Shown piece by piece: positions 12,930 to 25,079 of a stretch of DNA of 64,000 nucleotides; within the stretch, counting starts at the first letter, position 1, and each line of letters starts with the position of its first letter. A program made the translations under genes and the position numbers. Under the pieces are notes generated by a model. It had not been told where the DNA came from, ran no database searches, and was given only the letters and a program-made list of their open reading frames with translations. The DNA comes from Felis catus (taxonomy: Eukaryota), in contig NC_058368.1 in NCBI RefSeq assembly GCF_018350175.1, positions 164,984,001-165,048,000 of the forward strand, written 5' to 3'.

Positions 12930-13340
12930 AGCAGTGTCATCTAGAATAATTTCACAACCCTAAAAATCCCCTGTGCTTCACCTATGCAATCATCTATCTC
13001 TGTTCAGTTTGCTATCCCTCTTCTTGATCCCTTGACAACTACTGATTGTTTTACCATCCTCTTAGTTTTGCCTTTCCCATAATGTCATGTAATTGGCATG
13101 ATACGTTGTGTGGCCTTTTCTCACTGACTCTTTCACTTTGGAACATACGTTTAAGATTTCTCCATGTCTTTTCATGGCTTAATTACTCATTTAAAAAAAT
13201 TGTTGAATAATATTCTTTGCATAGATGTATTACATTTTTTCCATTTACCTATTGATAAATATCTTGATTGCTTCTCCTTTTTAGGGTTTATATATAAAAT
13301 TGATATAAACATTTGTGTTCAAGCTTTTAGGTGGATGAAT
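12930..13340 (-). mobile_element. L1MC-like 3' UTR segment
   Basis: 'aatttcacaaccctaaaaatcccctgtgct', 'agttttgcctttcccataatgtcat', 'ccatgtcttttcatggctt' are L1MC1/2-like. Confidence 0.8.
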
Positions 13341-13414
13341 TAGCCATCCAACCTTTTGTTATCAAACAAAATATTGAAAATTGAATTTTAATCCTAATTA
13401 TTAAAATAGTTATA

Positions 13415-13628
13415 GGGATACCTGGGTGGCTCAGTCGGTTAAGCGTCCGGCCCTTAGTTTCGGCTCAGGTCATAATCTCATGGTCCGTGAGTTCAAGCCC
13501 CGTATCAGCCTCTGCACTGACAGAATGGCGTCTGCTTGGGATTCTTTCTCTCCCCCTATCTCTCTGCCCCTCCCCACTTGCTCTCCATCTCTCTCAAAAT
13601 AAATAAAAAATAAAATTAAAAAAAATTT
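13415..13628 (+). mobile_element. CanSINE
   Basis: Head, CT region, A-rich tail. Confidence 0.95.
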
Positions 13629-14620
13629 AAGATGGCTTTAGAAAGAGCATGTAAGGGTAGTATATCAAATCCTGTGCTAATTCTTACACAAATATGTAAT
13701 CTGTGTTGCATCTTTCAATATGATCATATTTATAGAAAATAATAGAAAGTTTGCAGATGAAAATGATTACTATTTTAAAATCCTTTTGATGTAAATTTTA
13801 ACAATTGTATTTGCTTTAGAAGTTTTAAAATGCCATCTTAATAATACCTATTCTTTTAAACATCTCTTATGGGAGTCAGAATTATATATATTTGAATTTA
13901 TGATGATGGATGCAAGAAAATGATTGGGTCAGGCTTGTCTTAAGGCTGCCAGAGTCAAACATATGAAGTTATTATAACCAAGGTCTACAAAAGTCGTAGA
14001 GCAGCAGACTTGAGAAAAATGAAGGGAGCCTGTGAAAGTTACTGTACTATTTGTTCACTGGGAAGAGGTTGGGGAATGATCACTGACCTCTAAGTAACAG
14101 AGAATGGAACTCATCTTTCACTTCTGAATGAGCTCCCTGCTATAATTGATGGCATCTCCTGAAATGACTGCGATCATTAGGGCTCCAGTGACTGAATTAA
14201 AAGAAAATGAAGGATGCAGATGGCTGTAGTAAAGCACGGAAAATGCATTTCTTCCTGGTGACAGATACAACTGATCATTTTACAGGAAGTGCCTCACTGA
14301 AAGTGTCTCGGCTATGTAGTTCTCAGGGAAAATGAAGAGTAATGTAAAAATTGGACAAGATGAAACTAGCTGTTTCATTCCAGGTATTGACTATACAAGT
14401 CACTTTCAATAAATCAGCTGCTTATTGTACCTAAGACAGCAGTTTGTTAATATTATGAAGGTGCTACAAAATGTTCTTTTTTGTTAGGCAATCTTTGAAC
14501 ATCACATGAAAAAAAGTTTTCTTTAAATGTCTTTTTTGTTTCTATTTGTTTTCCAGTTATTAACATTTGAACTACTGGGCATATTTGTTTAGGAATAGCT
14601 TTGATGATGATTAGGAACAG

Positions 14621-14877
14621 CCAAAAATCAGCAAACTTCTTCTGTAAAGGGCCGAATATTACATATTTCAGACCTTCATGGGCCATATAGTCCCTATAAT
14701 AGCTACGTAAATCTGCCATGGTAGGGGCGAAGCAACTATAGAGTTTGGTTAAAAAAAAAAAGAAAAAGAAAATAAAAGAAAAGGAAGAAAAAGTTATTAC
14801 TCTGTTCAATAAAACTTTATTTACAGAAACAAAGCACAACTGGATTTGGCCCTCAGGCTATAATTTGAGGATGTCTA
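14621..14877. mobile_element. MER58A (hAT-Charlie) interrupted by an A-rich tract
   Basis: 'cagcaaacttcttctgtaaagggcc' ... 'caataaaactttatttacagaaac...ggatttggccc'. Confidence 0.85.
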
Positions 14878-16268
14878 ATCTAATGTTTCTGTTTAGCATA
14901 CCAGATAATATTGTGAATAAGAACAATTAGGAAACTTAATAGCTTGCTACAGTAAAATAAAATGGTAAGATTAAATACTTTAGTCTTCTATTAGAAATGG
15001 GGATATGAGCATTTGTTTAATTATATAAATATGTAATACTGTTTTGAAAGAACCACAGGTAATTGATAACCTACATTTTTCAACCATTAGGAGAAAAAAA
15101 ATCACTTTATAATATAAACTATCATGCACATGGAGAAGCTTAGTGGACATTTTTACTAGATAATTTTTAGTGTTGCTGCACTTTTATTTTTGGTTTCTAG
15201 CTTTCTACATAATATTGTTAAACTACTCAATTATTTATTTAAAATCCTTTACAAATATTTTTTTAAGTCTCAATGGTTTACTGTAAAACCAAGTGGGAGG
15301 TTTTCAAATAATTTTTAATAATGAAAGTGCTTTAATAAAGCAGATTTGGTAAAAAATTGAAATTACAAAATCTCATGAGGTCATCACTTCAGCCAATATT
15401 TTAAGTACCGTGGCTGTTTTTCAAACTTAAGAAAAAAAAGAACTTTTTAACTGAAGGAACAGATCAGGACAAAAGCTTTGGGTTCTTTTAAATTTTTCAA
15501 TATATAGGAAATTTATGGCAATTATTTCTCCTCATACAACTCAGTTACTTGGTTTGAGCCAGAAAGTGAGATTGTTATCATAGAGCCTAACATTTTATCC
15601 AGCATTCCTTTAGCTAGTTAGACCCTTGAAAGTCCATTCAGTCAAGATATTCCAGGTAACTAGTAATTATTTAACAGAAGCCATCTACCTTAGACTTACT
15701 GTTTTGAAACTATAGAAATAAGGTGCTGTATTACCTTGATTTCCATCCCAGTATCTGTTCCATTTTTTCCTTTTATGACAACTCTGTAAGACACAAGTTA
15801 CTACATAGGTCCTGTAATAATTTTTTTAACTTAGAAGAGATTTTATGTATTCATACCCAAAAGATTTCTCTAAATGCCAGAATCAGTCATTTTATTCTTC
15901 GTCAGTGTTGGCTTGTTACCTCCACACTCCCTCATTTCCTCTTTCAGTACTGTTCTTGAGTTGCTGCTCTGGATTTGTCAAAATCAAGGATGTTCCTTAC
16001 CTGTTTCATTCTTGAGATTCAATCTTTTGAAAGTCCTGTAGTTCTGCCCCAAGGCTGAGGTGGTAACAGCTGAATTTTGCTTTGGTTATCTTTCCTTATC
16101 TTTCAGAAATCTCTTTATTCCATTCAGCTGAAATTTACAAAAACAAACAAACAAACAAAAAAAACCTACGTTCTGCCCTGGAAAATGAAAGAACAGTAAG
16201 GCATTTTCAAGCTTGAAAACTTTTCTAGGGCCACAAGGTTAAAACATTTTCTTAAGAAGGTTTCTGGA

Positions 16269-16495
16269 GGGGCGCCTGGGTGGCGCAGTCGGTTAAGCGT
16301 CCGACTTCAGCCAGGTCACGATCTCGCGGTCCGTGAGTTCCAGCCCCGCGTCAGGCTCTGGGCTGATGGCTCAGAGCCTGGAGCCTGTTTCCGATTCTGT
16401 GTCTCCCTCTCTCTCTGCCCCTCCCCCGTTCATGCTCTGTCTCTCTCTGTCCCAAAAATAAATAAACGTTGAAAAAAAAAAATTTAAAAAAAAAA
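16269..16495 (+). mobile_element. very young felid SINEC
   Basis: CpG-intact; perfect 15-bp TSD aagaaggtttctgga at 16254-16268 and 16496-16510. Confidence 0.98.
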
Positions 16496-17135
16496 AAGAA
16501 GGTTTCTGGAAACCTATAAAATGCTATTTAAAAAGTATTTATGAGGTACCACTTTGTCAAAAAAAAATCATAAATATTGCTTTGTAAGATATAAAAAATA
16601 TAAATCTGATTTTAATCTGTTTTTAATATCCTAGCTTCCATTAAACATTGGTGTTTACTTTCCAAGAAAGGTATTTAACTACTCATGGGTTCAAAGCAAA
16701 TAGACCATAATTTAATCTCTTGAAATCATTACTGAATCTTAACTTTAAAAATACCCTTTCTGTACAACAGGCAACCATTTGTGAATAAATAATCTTGTGA
16801 AAAAGTTTTAAGAGCACAAAAAATGATTGAAGTGTTATGGGTTAACTAGACTATCAAGGACTACTTTAGCAAGTATTTTCTCTACTAGTCTCAAATGCAC
16901 AATGCAAATTTCAGCCATCTTTTTTTGTGTGTGTCTGTAAACCATGCAACATTTCTGTTAAAAGCCCAAGAACTAGTACTAAGAAAAATGAAGAAAACAC
17001 AATTGTTCTCATTAAAAATTTTTTATGCATTCATTGTAAAAGACACAAGGTAATAACACCATAAATTTTAGATGCTATTGCTAATGTCACATAGTGAAAC
17101 AAATTTATTTGTAAAAGATAATAGAACTGAGTCTT

Positions 17136-17326
17136 TAAAAAAATTTTTTTTAAATGTTTATTTATTTTGAGACAGAGAGAGACAGAGTGTGAGTGGGGGA
17201 GGGGCAGAGAGAGAGGGAGACACAGAATCTGAAACAGGCTCCAGGCTCTGAGCTGTCAGCACAGAGCCTGTTGCAGGGCTCGAACCCACGTCGGATGCTT
17301 AACCGACTGAGCCACCCAGGTGCCCC
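17136..17326 (-). mobile_element. felid SINEC with ~27-bp internal deletion
   Basis: TSD tagaactgagtctt at 17122-17135 and 17327-17340; cccacg joins tcggatg directly. Confidence 0.95.
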
Positions 17327-17509
17327 TAGAACTGAGTCTTATAGGAACCAAAATAAAAAATCATTCAGGGATATAGTTTACCCAAAAATATAGGGATTTA
17401 TTTTATCTATTTCTAGTCATATGAAATTGTGTATAATCATGACTATGGAATTAAGTAGGAGAATTTATGAGTTAATTATAAATAGAAACAAAAAATAAAA
17501 TTAGTCTAA

Positions 17510-17512
<3 letters not shown>

Positions 17513-17551
<39 letters not shown>
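17513..17551. repeat. (TG)n microsatellite
   Basis: Direct reading. Confidence 0.97.
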
Positions 17552-17553
<2 letters not shown>

Positions 17554-17650
17554 ATATATACAGAGAGATTCTTTGGAGAGTAAGGAAAAAAAAAAAATAA
17601 GGCTTTAGCTATTAATAGGACCAAGGGTGACTTCTATAAGAACTCTAGAG

Positions 17651-17977
17651 AAGTGTTCAACAAACTGTGGCTCACAAACTAAATTTGGCCTGCTGTCTGT
17701 TTTTGTATAGCCAATGTGCTACAGATGGATTTTACTTTTTTAGTTGCTAAAAAGCAAAAATAAATAAATAAAATATATGGCACATAAAAATTATATGGGA
17801 TTTAAATTTCAGTATTTACAAATAAAATTTTGAGTTTCATCCATAAAAATATGTGTGGAAACTTGCCTTTCTTTTTCTAAAAGTCCTTATTTTACTGTCC
17901 TTGATTTTGCCTCTTAACCCTCCAAATCTAAAATATTTACTATGGGCTGTTTACAAAAAATAGTTTACTGACTCCTG
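17651..17977. mobile_element. hAT-Charlie non-autonomous element (MER58B/Charlie1-like)
   Basis: Decayed TIRs (aagtgttcaacaaact ... agtttactgactcctg); 8-bp hAT-type flanks ctctagag / ttcttgag. Confidence 0.8.
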
Positions 17978-18385
17978 TTCTTGAGCATGTCTTCTAGGAC
18001 TGGGGTGCTTCCACAACATCAGTTCTTTATCATAAGTTCATTGTTCTTTGACTTCGTAGAAAATTGAAGATATTTATTCTTTCATACCTACATTATCTGG
18101 AGAAACCTTAATTACAATAAAAGTTAGGTAAACCTTTCTTCCAAAATTCTGTGCTTTTAAAACTATGGTACATATAAAGTATTTTCTTTGAAAGTAAATC
18201 TCAAATTAGAGTTAGTCACAATTATGTTAAAAATAGAAATAGCCAAAAAAAATTGAATCATCATGGAAATCCTGTAATTGAAAAATTAAATACATTTCTT
18301 TACTTCTACAAGGAAAATATCATCTTTCAACTTCTTGGGGATTGTCTAAATATTAAGACTGAAACAAAAGGTGGAGTTGAACATC

Positions 18386-18940
18386 TGTGGTAGGAGAATT
18401 CTAAGATGTCCCTCCAAAATTTCACTCCCTTTTGTACAAGTCCTGTATAATCCCATGTTCTTTAATGTGGGCCAGACCAATGAAAATGATGGGATTTCAC
18501 ACTTTTGCTTAGCTTATGTTATATGACACTGCTGACTTTAAGTAAAGGAGGTTCCCTGGGTGCCTAACTCAATTACATACGCTATTTAAATATGGGTATG
18601 GATGTCACATGAGAAATTCAGAGATTCAAAGTAATAAGAGGCAGTCTTTAGAAGTTGAGAATGTCCCCCAGTGAATAACCGGCAAAAAAAGAGTGACATC
18701 AGTTTTATAACCTCCAGGAGTTGAGCTCTGTCAATGACCTGAATGAGCTCTGAAGAGGACCCTAACTCTCAAATGAGATAGTGGCCCTGGCTACACATTG
18801 ATTTTAGGCTTGTGAAACCACAAGCAGAGCAACCAGTTTGTGCTAGATTGTTGATACACAGAAATTGTGAAAGAATACATTTGTGTTGTTTTAAATTGCT
18901 GAATTTGGTAAATTGTTATACAGTAATAGAAAATTACTTA
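18386..18940 (+). mobile_element. MaLR solo LTR, MLT1E-like
   Basis: Starts tgtggtaggagaattctaagatg; ends ...tgttgttttaaattgctgaatttggtaaattgttatacagtaatagaaaat. Confidence 0.85.
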
Positions 18941-19825
18941 ATCCATTTTCAAAGGAAAATAGCATCCTTTGCCCTTATGTTTAATTATCTCTCTGTTGTC
19001 TTTCAACTGAATGTCCATTTCCCAGTCTGTTTATAGTCCTTTACCTCTGTTGTTCCTTTCTTACTCTTAGTTAGATACTAATCTCTGGTACTTTCATTTA
19101 TGGAATCATTTGGAGTAATTAAAAGGAACAGAAGAAAGCAAGCATATCAACAAAACAATGTTTACTGAGTGGTAGATAGTCCTCAAATAATTATCCTTTG
19201 ATCCTGTGATCATGAGGGAATTTGGCATGTTTTCTACTTGGATTTCAGTCTTCGCCGCAATGCTAGACTTCTTCCTTTGTTATTTTGCACTGTGTTATCC
19301 AATTTGTGATTCTATATTATGATGAACAGTTAGTCTATTCTTAGTTCCTTCATGTTTTTCACAGAGGCCTCTTTATCATAACCAAATAGCACATATCTGT
19401 TTATGTCAAAAGAAGATGTCCTTCCCTGAAAGAAACCATTTTATTGATTCATATTTTCACTATTTGGGGAAGGAAGGAGGGAGGTAACATTGTAAGATTG
19501 TTATATATAAATGCAGTATTAATGTGAGGTAATTAAATGCATAGTGTGTGGTGATGGTGGAATAAATTAGTAATTACATACAAACTTTGCAGGGATATTT
19601 CAAAATTGCTAGACTCTTCTCTAGTGGTCCTTTCATTATTTATTAAAAGAGAAAAATATTCAAAACTTAAACATAGAATTGCCTATTCTCCTCCCAGTTT
19701 GGGGTGAATATCAAGTTGGCTAGATACATTCCAAGATATGTGTTGTATCTGTGAATGATGTTTCAAACGTTGGACTTAAAATTTTGGGGTGTAACTTCAT
19801 AGAAGCTTATGATATCTTAATTTTA

Positions 19826-20021
19826 AAGTTTATTTATTTATTTTGAGAGAGATTGAAAGCAGAGGAGGGGCAAAGGGGGAGGGGCAAGAGAGGGGGAGAG
19901 AGAGAATCCCAATCAGGATCCATGGTGTCAATGCCAACGTGAGGCTTGATCCCATGAATCATAAGATCGTGACGTGAGCCAAAAACAAGAGTCAGACACC
20001 AACTGAGCCACCAGGCACCCC
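19826..20021 (-). mobile_element. CanSINE
   Basis: TSD gatatcttaatttta at 19811-19825 and 20022-20036. Confidence 0.95.
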
Positions 20022-21134
20022 GATATCTTAATTTTATTTCAATTAGACATTGTCTTTCTGTGTCTGTATTCTTCACTTCTTTTTACTCATCTCTTCCCAT
20101 TGTTTCTATACTTTGTATTCTCTATTTCAGCAAAAATAGCATATTTCTTCTTATCTTTCTGGGACGTTTCATCCAACTCAACCAATTTGCAATTTTTTTT
20201 CCCTAGTAAGTAGGGCTCTCTATTGCTCTTTGCCAAAGCTAACCAGTGTGTCTTCTTTTTGATATTTCTACAAAATTTCTCAAAAGATTACACCAAATGA
20301 CTATTTTCTTTACTAAATTTATTCAGTGCTAGTTATTTCATTTATTTCAACATTATAAACTGTTAGCATACAGATAAAACCAGTTTTGCTTGCTATAAAT
20401 GGGCAGTCATTGTCTTCTCTATTCTTCTTTTCTCTTTAAAGAAACATGTATTCCTTCTAGGTCTAAATGTGTTGGCTATATGCAAAATTTTTTTAGAGGA
20501 AAAAAAAAACAGATTTATTCACAAATAGATGCAGATATTTGGGTTTAACTGAGTTTAACTCACTTGCCAAATAATGTGTATACTGTTGTGTGGTTGGTAG
20601 CACTTGCAGAATGGGCTTCCGTTGAGGTTGAAAAAAATTTCAATACTACTTTAAAAATGTTTTTTGAACATGTTTTTTGTCCTGTCTTCCTCAGCATGGT
20701 GATTACTGCTCAACTGCTTTTATAACATTACCCTGCACACCTTCCAGAGTGAGAAGCATATATGTTCATAATAAATGCTCAGTTTATCAATTGATGAATA
20801 GATTGACATAATGATCTAATACTTTATGATTTATGATCTTTACTATTGTGTGATCTTATGGTCTATATATCTTATGATTTTATGTATCCTTTGTTAGTAA
20901 TAACAACTTAGGTGGATATCACTAATATTTCCGTGAAGGCTTGCTCATTCCCCTCAGCCTCATTTAATTACACCCTTTTCTATAGGACTGTAGTAACTCT
21001 GCTTGCTCTATTTTATGATTTATCTTGAATTTGAAATTGTTATTTTCTTATATAAACTACAATGTGATTCTTAATCACTGCCATTGCATAGTACTGCTGC
21101 AATGTGTATACTTAACTCATCATTTGCTTATCTT

Positions 21135-21372
21135 GGGGTACCTGGATGGCTCAATCAGGACAAGCATCTGACTCTTGATTTCGGTTCTGGTCATGATCTC
21201 ATGGTCCTGAGATTGAGCCCTGTGTTGGGCTACATGCTGAGTGTGGAGCCTGCTTAAGACTCTTTCTCTCCCTCTCTCTCTCTTCTCTCTCTCCCCCTCC
21301 CCTGCTCACACTTGCTCTCTCTCTCTCTTTAAAAAAACAACAACAAAAACCAAAACCCAACCAAACAAAAAA
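21135..21372 (+). mobile_element. CanSINE
   Basis: Head, CT region, (CAA)-decayed tail; near-TSD attt(g/t)cttatcttg. Confidence 0.93.
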
Positions 21373-22104
21373 GGATTTTCTTATCTTGTGAGTGGATAAA
21401 CAAGAAGCATCCTGAAAGATTGTATACACTTGGCAGAGTTCCTGTCTCCTAGTTATATATGCTATTTGGGTTCATGCCCTCTCTTTCACATTGCATAGAG
21501 AGCATATTCATAAATTCTACAGAATTGTAAACCTATCATTTTTATGGCTACCATTAACAGTATATTTTTTCTGTTAGTTCTCCATTATAGTCATTTAATC
21601 AAATTAATGTTGAGTAGCTGATATGCAACTCATTAGTTTATATACCTCTCTACATAGAGGTTTCACTGCAATGGACTAAGTAACATTCATGAGATCACTG
21701 TGCACACAGAATACACACTTTCTAAAGATTTTATATATTTTGTACCCAATAATCTGTAAGTTTAAGAAGTTATATTTTTATATGTATTTTCTATATAATT
21801 GCTAAAGATATTGTCACAATAAGTCCAAATTTCCTTTGTTTTTTGTTTTTGTTTTTGGATAATGCAGACTAACCCAAGGGACTAAATTACTCAATTAAAC
21901 ATCCTCTTTTAATTACAAAGAAATGCAGACTTAACTTTTGACAAACATTCCTGTGGACATTTAGGTGAAACTCCATGCTGTGCTGAGCTAGCATCTTTTC
22001 TGGCTCTTAAATTATATATTTTGTTTTGTTTCACCAAGCTGATATAACATCTGCACTTCAAAAGCAAAGTAAGTGAGCATAAAATAATGAAACTGTCTAT
22101 CCTA

Positions 22105-22373
22105 TTTTTTAAAGTTTATTTATGTATTTATTTGTTTATTTAGAAAGAGAGTGAGAGAGAGTGTGTGGAAGGGGCAGAGGAAAAAGGAGAGGGAGGGAGG
22201 GAGGGAGGGAGGGAGGGAGGGAGGGAGAGAGAGAGAGAGAGAGAATCCCAAGCAGACTCCTCACTCTCAATGCAAAAGTGCAATGTGAGGCTCAAACCCA
22301 CAAACCCTGAGATCATGATCTGAGCTGAAATCAAGAGTTGGAGGCTTAACCAACTGACCCACTCAGGTGCCCC
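22105..22373 (-). mobile_element. CanSINE with expanded (GGGA)n/(GA)n
   Basis: Reverse SINE ending ggtgcccc. Confidence 0.93.
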
Positions 22374-23504
22374 TACCCCAAGGTATTTTTAAAAGAAATT
22401 ATCCAGATTTTAAACTTAAATCTTTTGATAAACAGAGTGCCATTTTTTGTATTATTATTCTGATGGAAAAATTTAAAAAATCCATTGTTTCATATGGACA
22501 ATATAATGTCTATTTTACTAAGAATGATGGAGTAGCTAAATATTCTTCTTAAATGTTTTGTCTGTCTCCCAGTGTATCTAAAATGTCTATCATATGCCAT
22601 TCAGCAAGATGTAGTCAGCACTGACAGGATAAATGATTTAAACAAGAGTGATGGAAATACCATTTTGAAATCTACTCTTCATTCTGTTTATATTTGGACA
22701 TTTGTTAGATGTTAAGTATCTTGCAGCTTCCACTCTAGTGAATGATTTCAAAACAGTTTTTCCTTTATAATACAAACATTTCCTTATTTTCCTAAGTACC
22801 AAGTAAATTAAGAGAAAAGTATGAATGCAGCTCTGAGTAAGAGGGAGTAAATGAGGAAAGTTTGCCAAAATGGCGACCTAATAAAGGGAGGAGAAGCAGA
22901 CTTTCAGAGAATGAACATATACCAAAGGAATAAGGACATTCTTTGGAATTCCTCAATATTTCATTAAAAACAGAGAGAAGAAGGAAGCCCTAATAACTAT
23001 TTTCTCTTGCTCACAATGTTTGGCATGAATTTGTTTTAAATCAGAGGGGAGGAGCAGCAATGTTTGTATAGAAACTATTGAGAACTCATAAATTAGCCTT
23101 TAACCGTATTGATTATGAGTGCTTGTGGATTTTATTGGAATGCCTCTCTGCAAATTGCATCAAAAAATACTGTCTTCTTTATTACCTCAATTAGACATTT
23201 AAAGTGAAGGGGAGCCTCTAGGAACACTGAAAAGGAACTATGAAAATTTGCATTTTGGCAAGATAATTACTTAACTATAGACAACAATTAAAGTATTGCA
23301 ATATTGTTAAGGTAACTTGTTTTATACTGTATTTATTTTCAAAGGAATTATTCATTTTTAATAGTTTATTTTAAAAAGTCAATATTCTAATATGCTACAT
23401 GAAGGAAGAAGAATCAATTATTATATAATTTGTATCTCACTTTTCAGAAATTCATATTTATACTGCACTTGACATATTATTCTTGAAGATAACACTTAGT
23501 AATG

Positions 23505-23833
23505 ACACTTTTTAGTGAGGTATGTGTAATTTGCATAAAGTAAAAGGTACATATGTTAAATGTAAAGTTTTGTGAGTTTTCCCAATTCCATACACTAATA
23601 TATCCCAAACATCTGTGTAAGTGTAGAGCATTTTCACTAGCAAGATCCCTTATGTCACTTCCCAGTCAATTTATACCCACCATCCCCAGGCAAGTGCAGT
23701 TCTAGTTTCATTTACCGTCAAGTAGCTTCGCTTGTTGTAGAACATCATACAAATTGGATAATATACTATGCACTCTTTTCAGTCTGGCTTCTTTCAATTT
23801 ACATTAGTTTGTGTTTTTGTTTTGTTTGGTTTT

Positions 23834-23864
<31 letters not shown>

Positions 23865-24201
23865 CAGCAAGGGAGGGGCAGAGGGAAGGGGAGAGGTAGA
23901 ATCTCAAGCAGGCTCCACACCCAGTGCAGAGTCGAAGGCCCCTGGGCTCCATCTCAGGAAGATGAGATCATGATCTGAGCTGAAATCAAGAATTGGATGC
24001 TTAACTGACTGAGCCACCCAGGCTCTCTGGCCTTAGTTTTTTTGAGATTCACTCATGTTGTGTGCATCAGTAGTTTATTCCTTTTTATTGCTGAGAATTA
24101 CTACATTAAATATTTATATTTTTACCCATTTTGGTATAGATATAAATTTTGGTTCACAGTTCTTAACTACTGTAAATACACCTGCTATGAAAATTATTGT
24201 T
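23505..24201 (-). mobile_element. old L1 (L1MB/L1ME-like) 3' UTR, interrupted by SINEs
   Basis: 'tttttagtgaggtatgtgtaatttgcataaagtaaaa...', 'gagattcactcatgttgtgtgcatcagtagtttattcctttttattgctgag'. Confidence 0.8.
23810..24027 (-). mobile_element. CanSINE
   Basis: Reverse SINE inside L1; ttagttt on both flanks. Confidence 0.9.
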
Positions 24202-24684
24202 GGGGCGCCTGGGTGGCTCAGTCTGTTAAGCATCCTACTTCAGCTTAGGTCACGATCTTGTGGTTTGTGGGTTTGTGGGTTCAAGCCCCGCATTGGGCTG
24301 GTTTTGTGCTGACAGCTCAGAACCTGAACCCTGCTTCAGATTCCGTCTCCCTTTCTCTCTGCCCCTCCCCTGCTCATGCTCTGTCTCTCTCTCTCTCTCT
24401 CAAAAATAAATACACATTAGGGGCGTCTGGGTGGCTCAGTCGGTTAAGCGTCCGACTTCAGCTTAGGTCATGATCTCACAGTCTGGTCCGTGAGTTCAAG
24501 CCCTGCATCGGGCTCTGTGCTGACTGCTCAGAGCCTGGAGCCTGTTTCGGATTCTGTGTCTCCCTCTCTCTCTGACCCTCCCCCATTCATGCTCTGTCTC
24601 TCTTTGTCTCAAAAATAAATAAATGTTAAAAAAAATTAAAAAAAAATAAATAAATACACATTAAAAATTTTTTAATTAAAAAAA
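24202..24684 (+). mobile_element. CanSINE (outer; hosts a nested SINE in its tail)
   Basis: TSD gaaaattattgtt at 24189-24201 and 24685-24697. Confidence 0.93.
24420..24647 (+). mobile_element. felid SINEC nested in the tail of the previous SINE
   Basis: TSD aaataaatacacatta at 24404-24419 and 24648-24663. Confidence 0.95.
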
Positions 24685-25079
24685 GAAAATTATTGTTCAC
24701 ATTTTATGTATGTATATTTTCCTTTCCCTTCTTGCTTATCCTATCCAATCAGCATGAACATGGTCAGATAGATGGATCAATATGTTGTCCTCTGGTATGT
24801 CTAGATGGCCCAGGTCTTTTTATATTATATTATGACAAAGGGCATGAGAATTAACATAGGTCTGGGCAAAACTACAAATGTATGTATTTTGTCATTCTGT
24901 TTGAATGAATACTATTTTTGTTTTGTGATAAGGTTTGAAAAGAATACATTCACCAGAGCACCGAATACCTGGTACCCAAGTGCACATTACTCTTCTCTAA
25001 GCAAGAAGCTAAATCAGGCATAGCAGTCTTGATCAGGGATGCATTTTCAGTGAGTTTGAGGTCATTTCTAGTCCTTACT

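Noticed and set aside
14286..14383. Plus-strand AG...GT candidate exon
   Set aside because: Weak pyrimidine tract, moderate donor, all frames closed
16269..16350. tRNA-like A and B boxes
   Set aside because: Head of a tRNA-derived SINE, not a tRNA gene; the same applies to all SINEC copies
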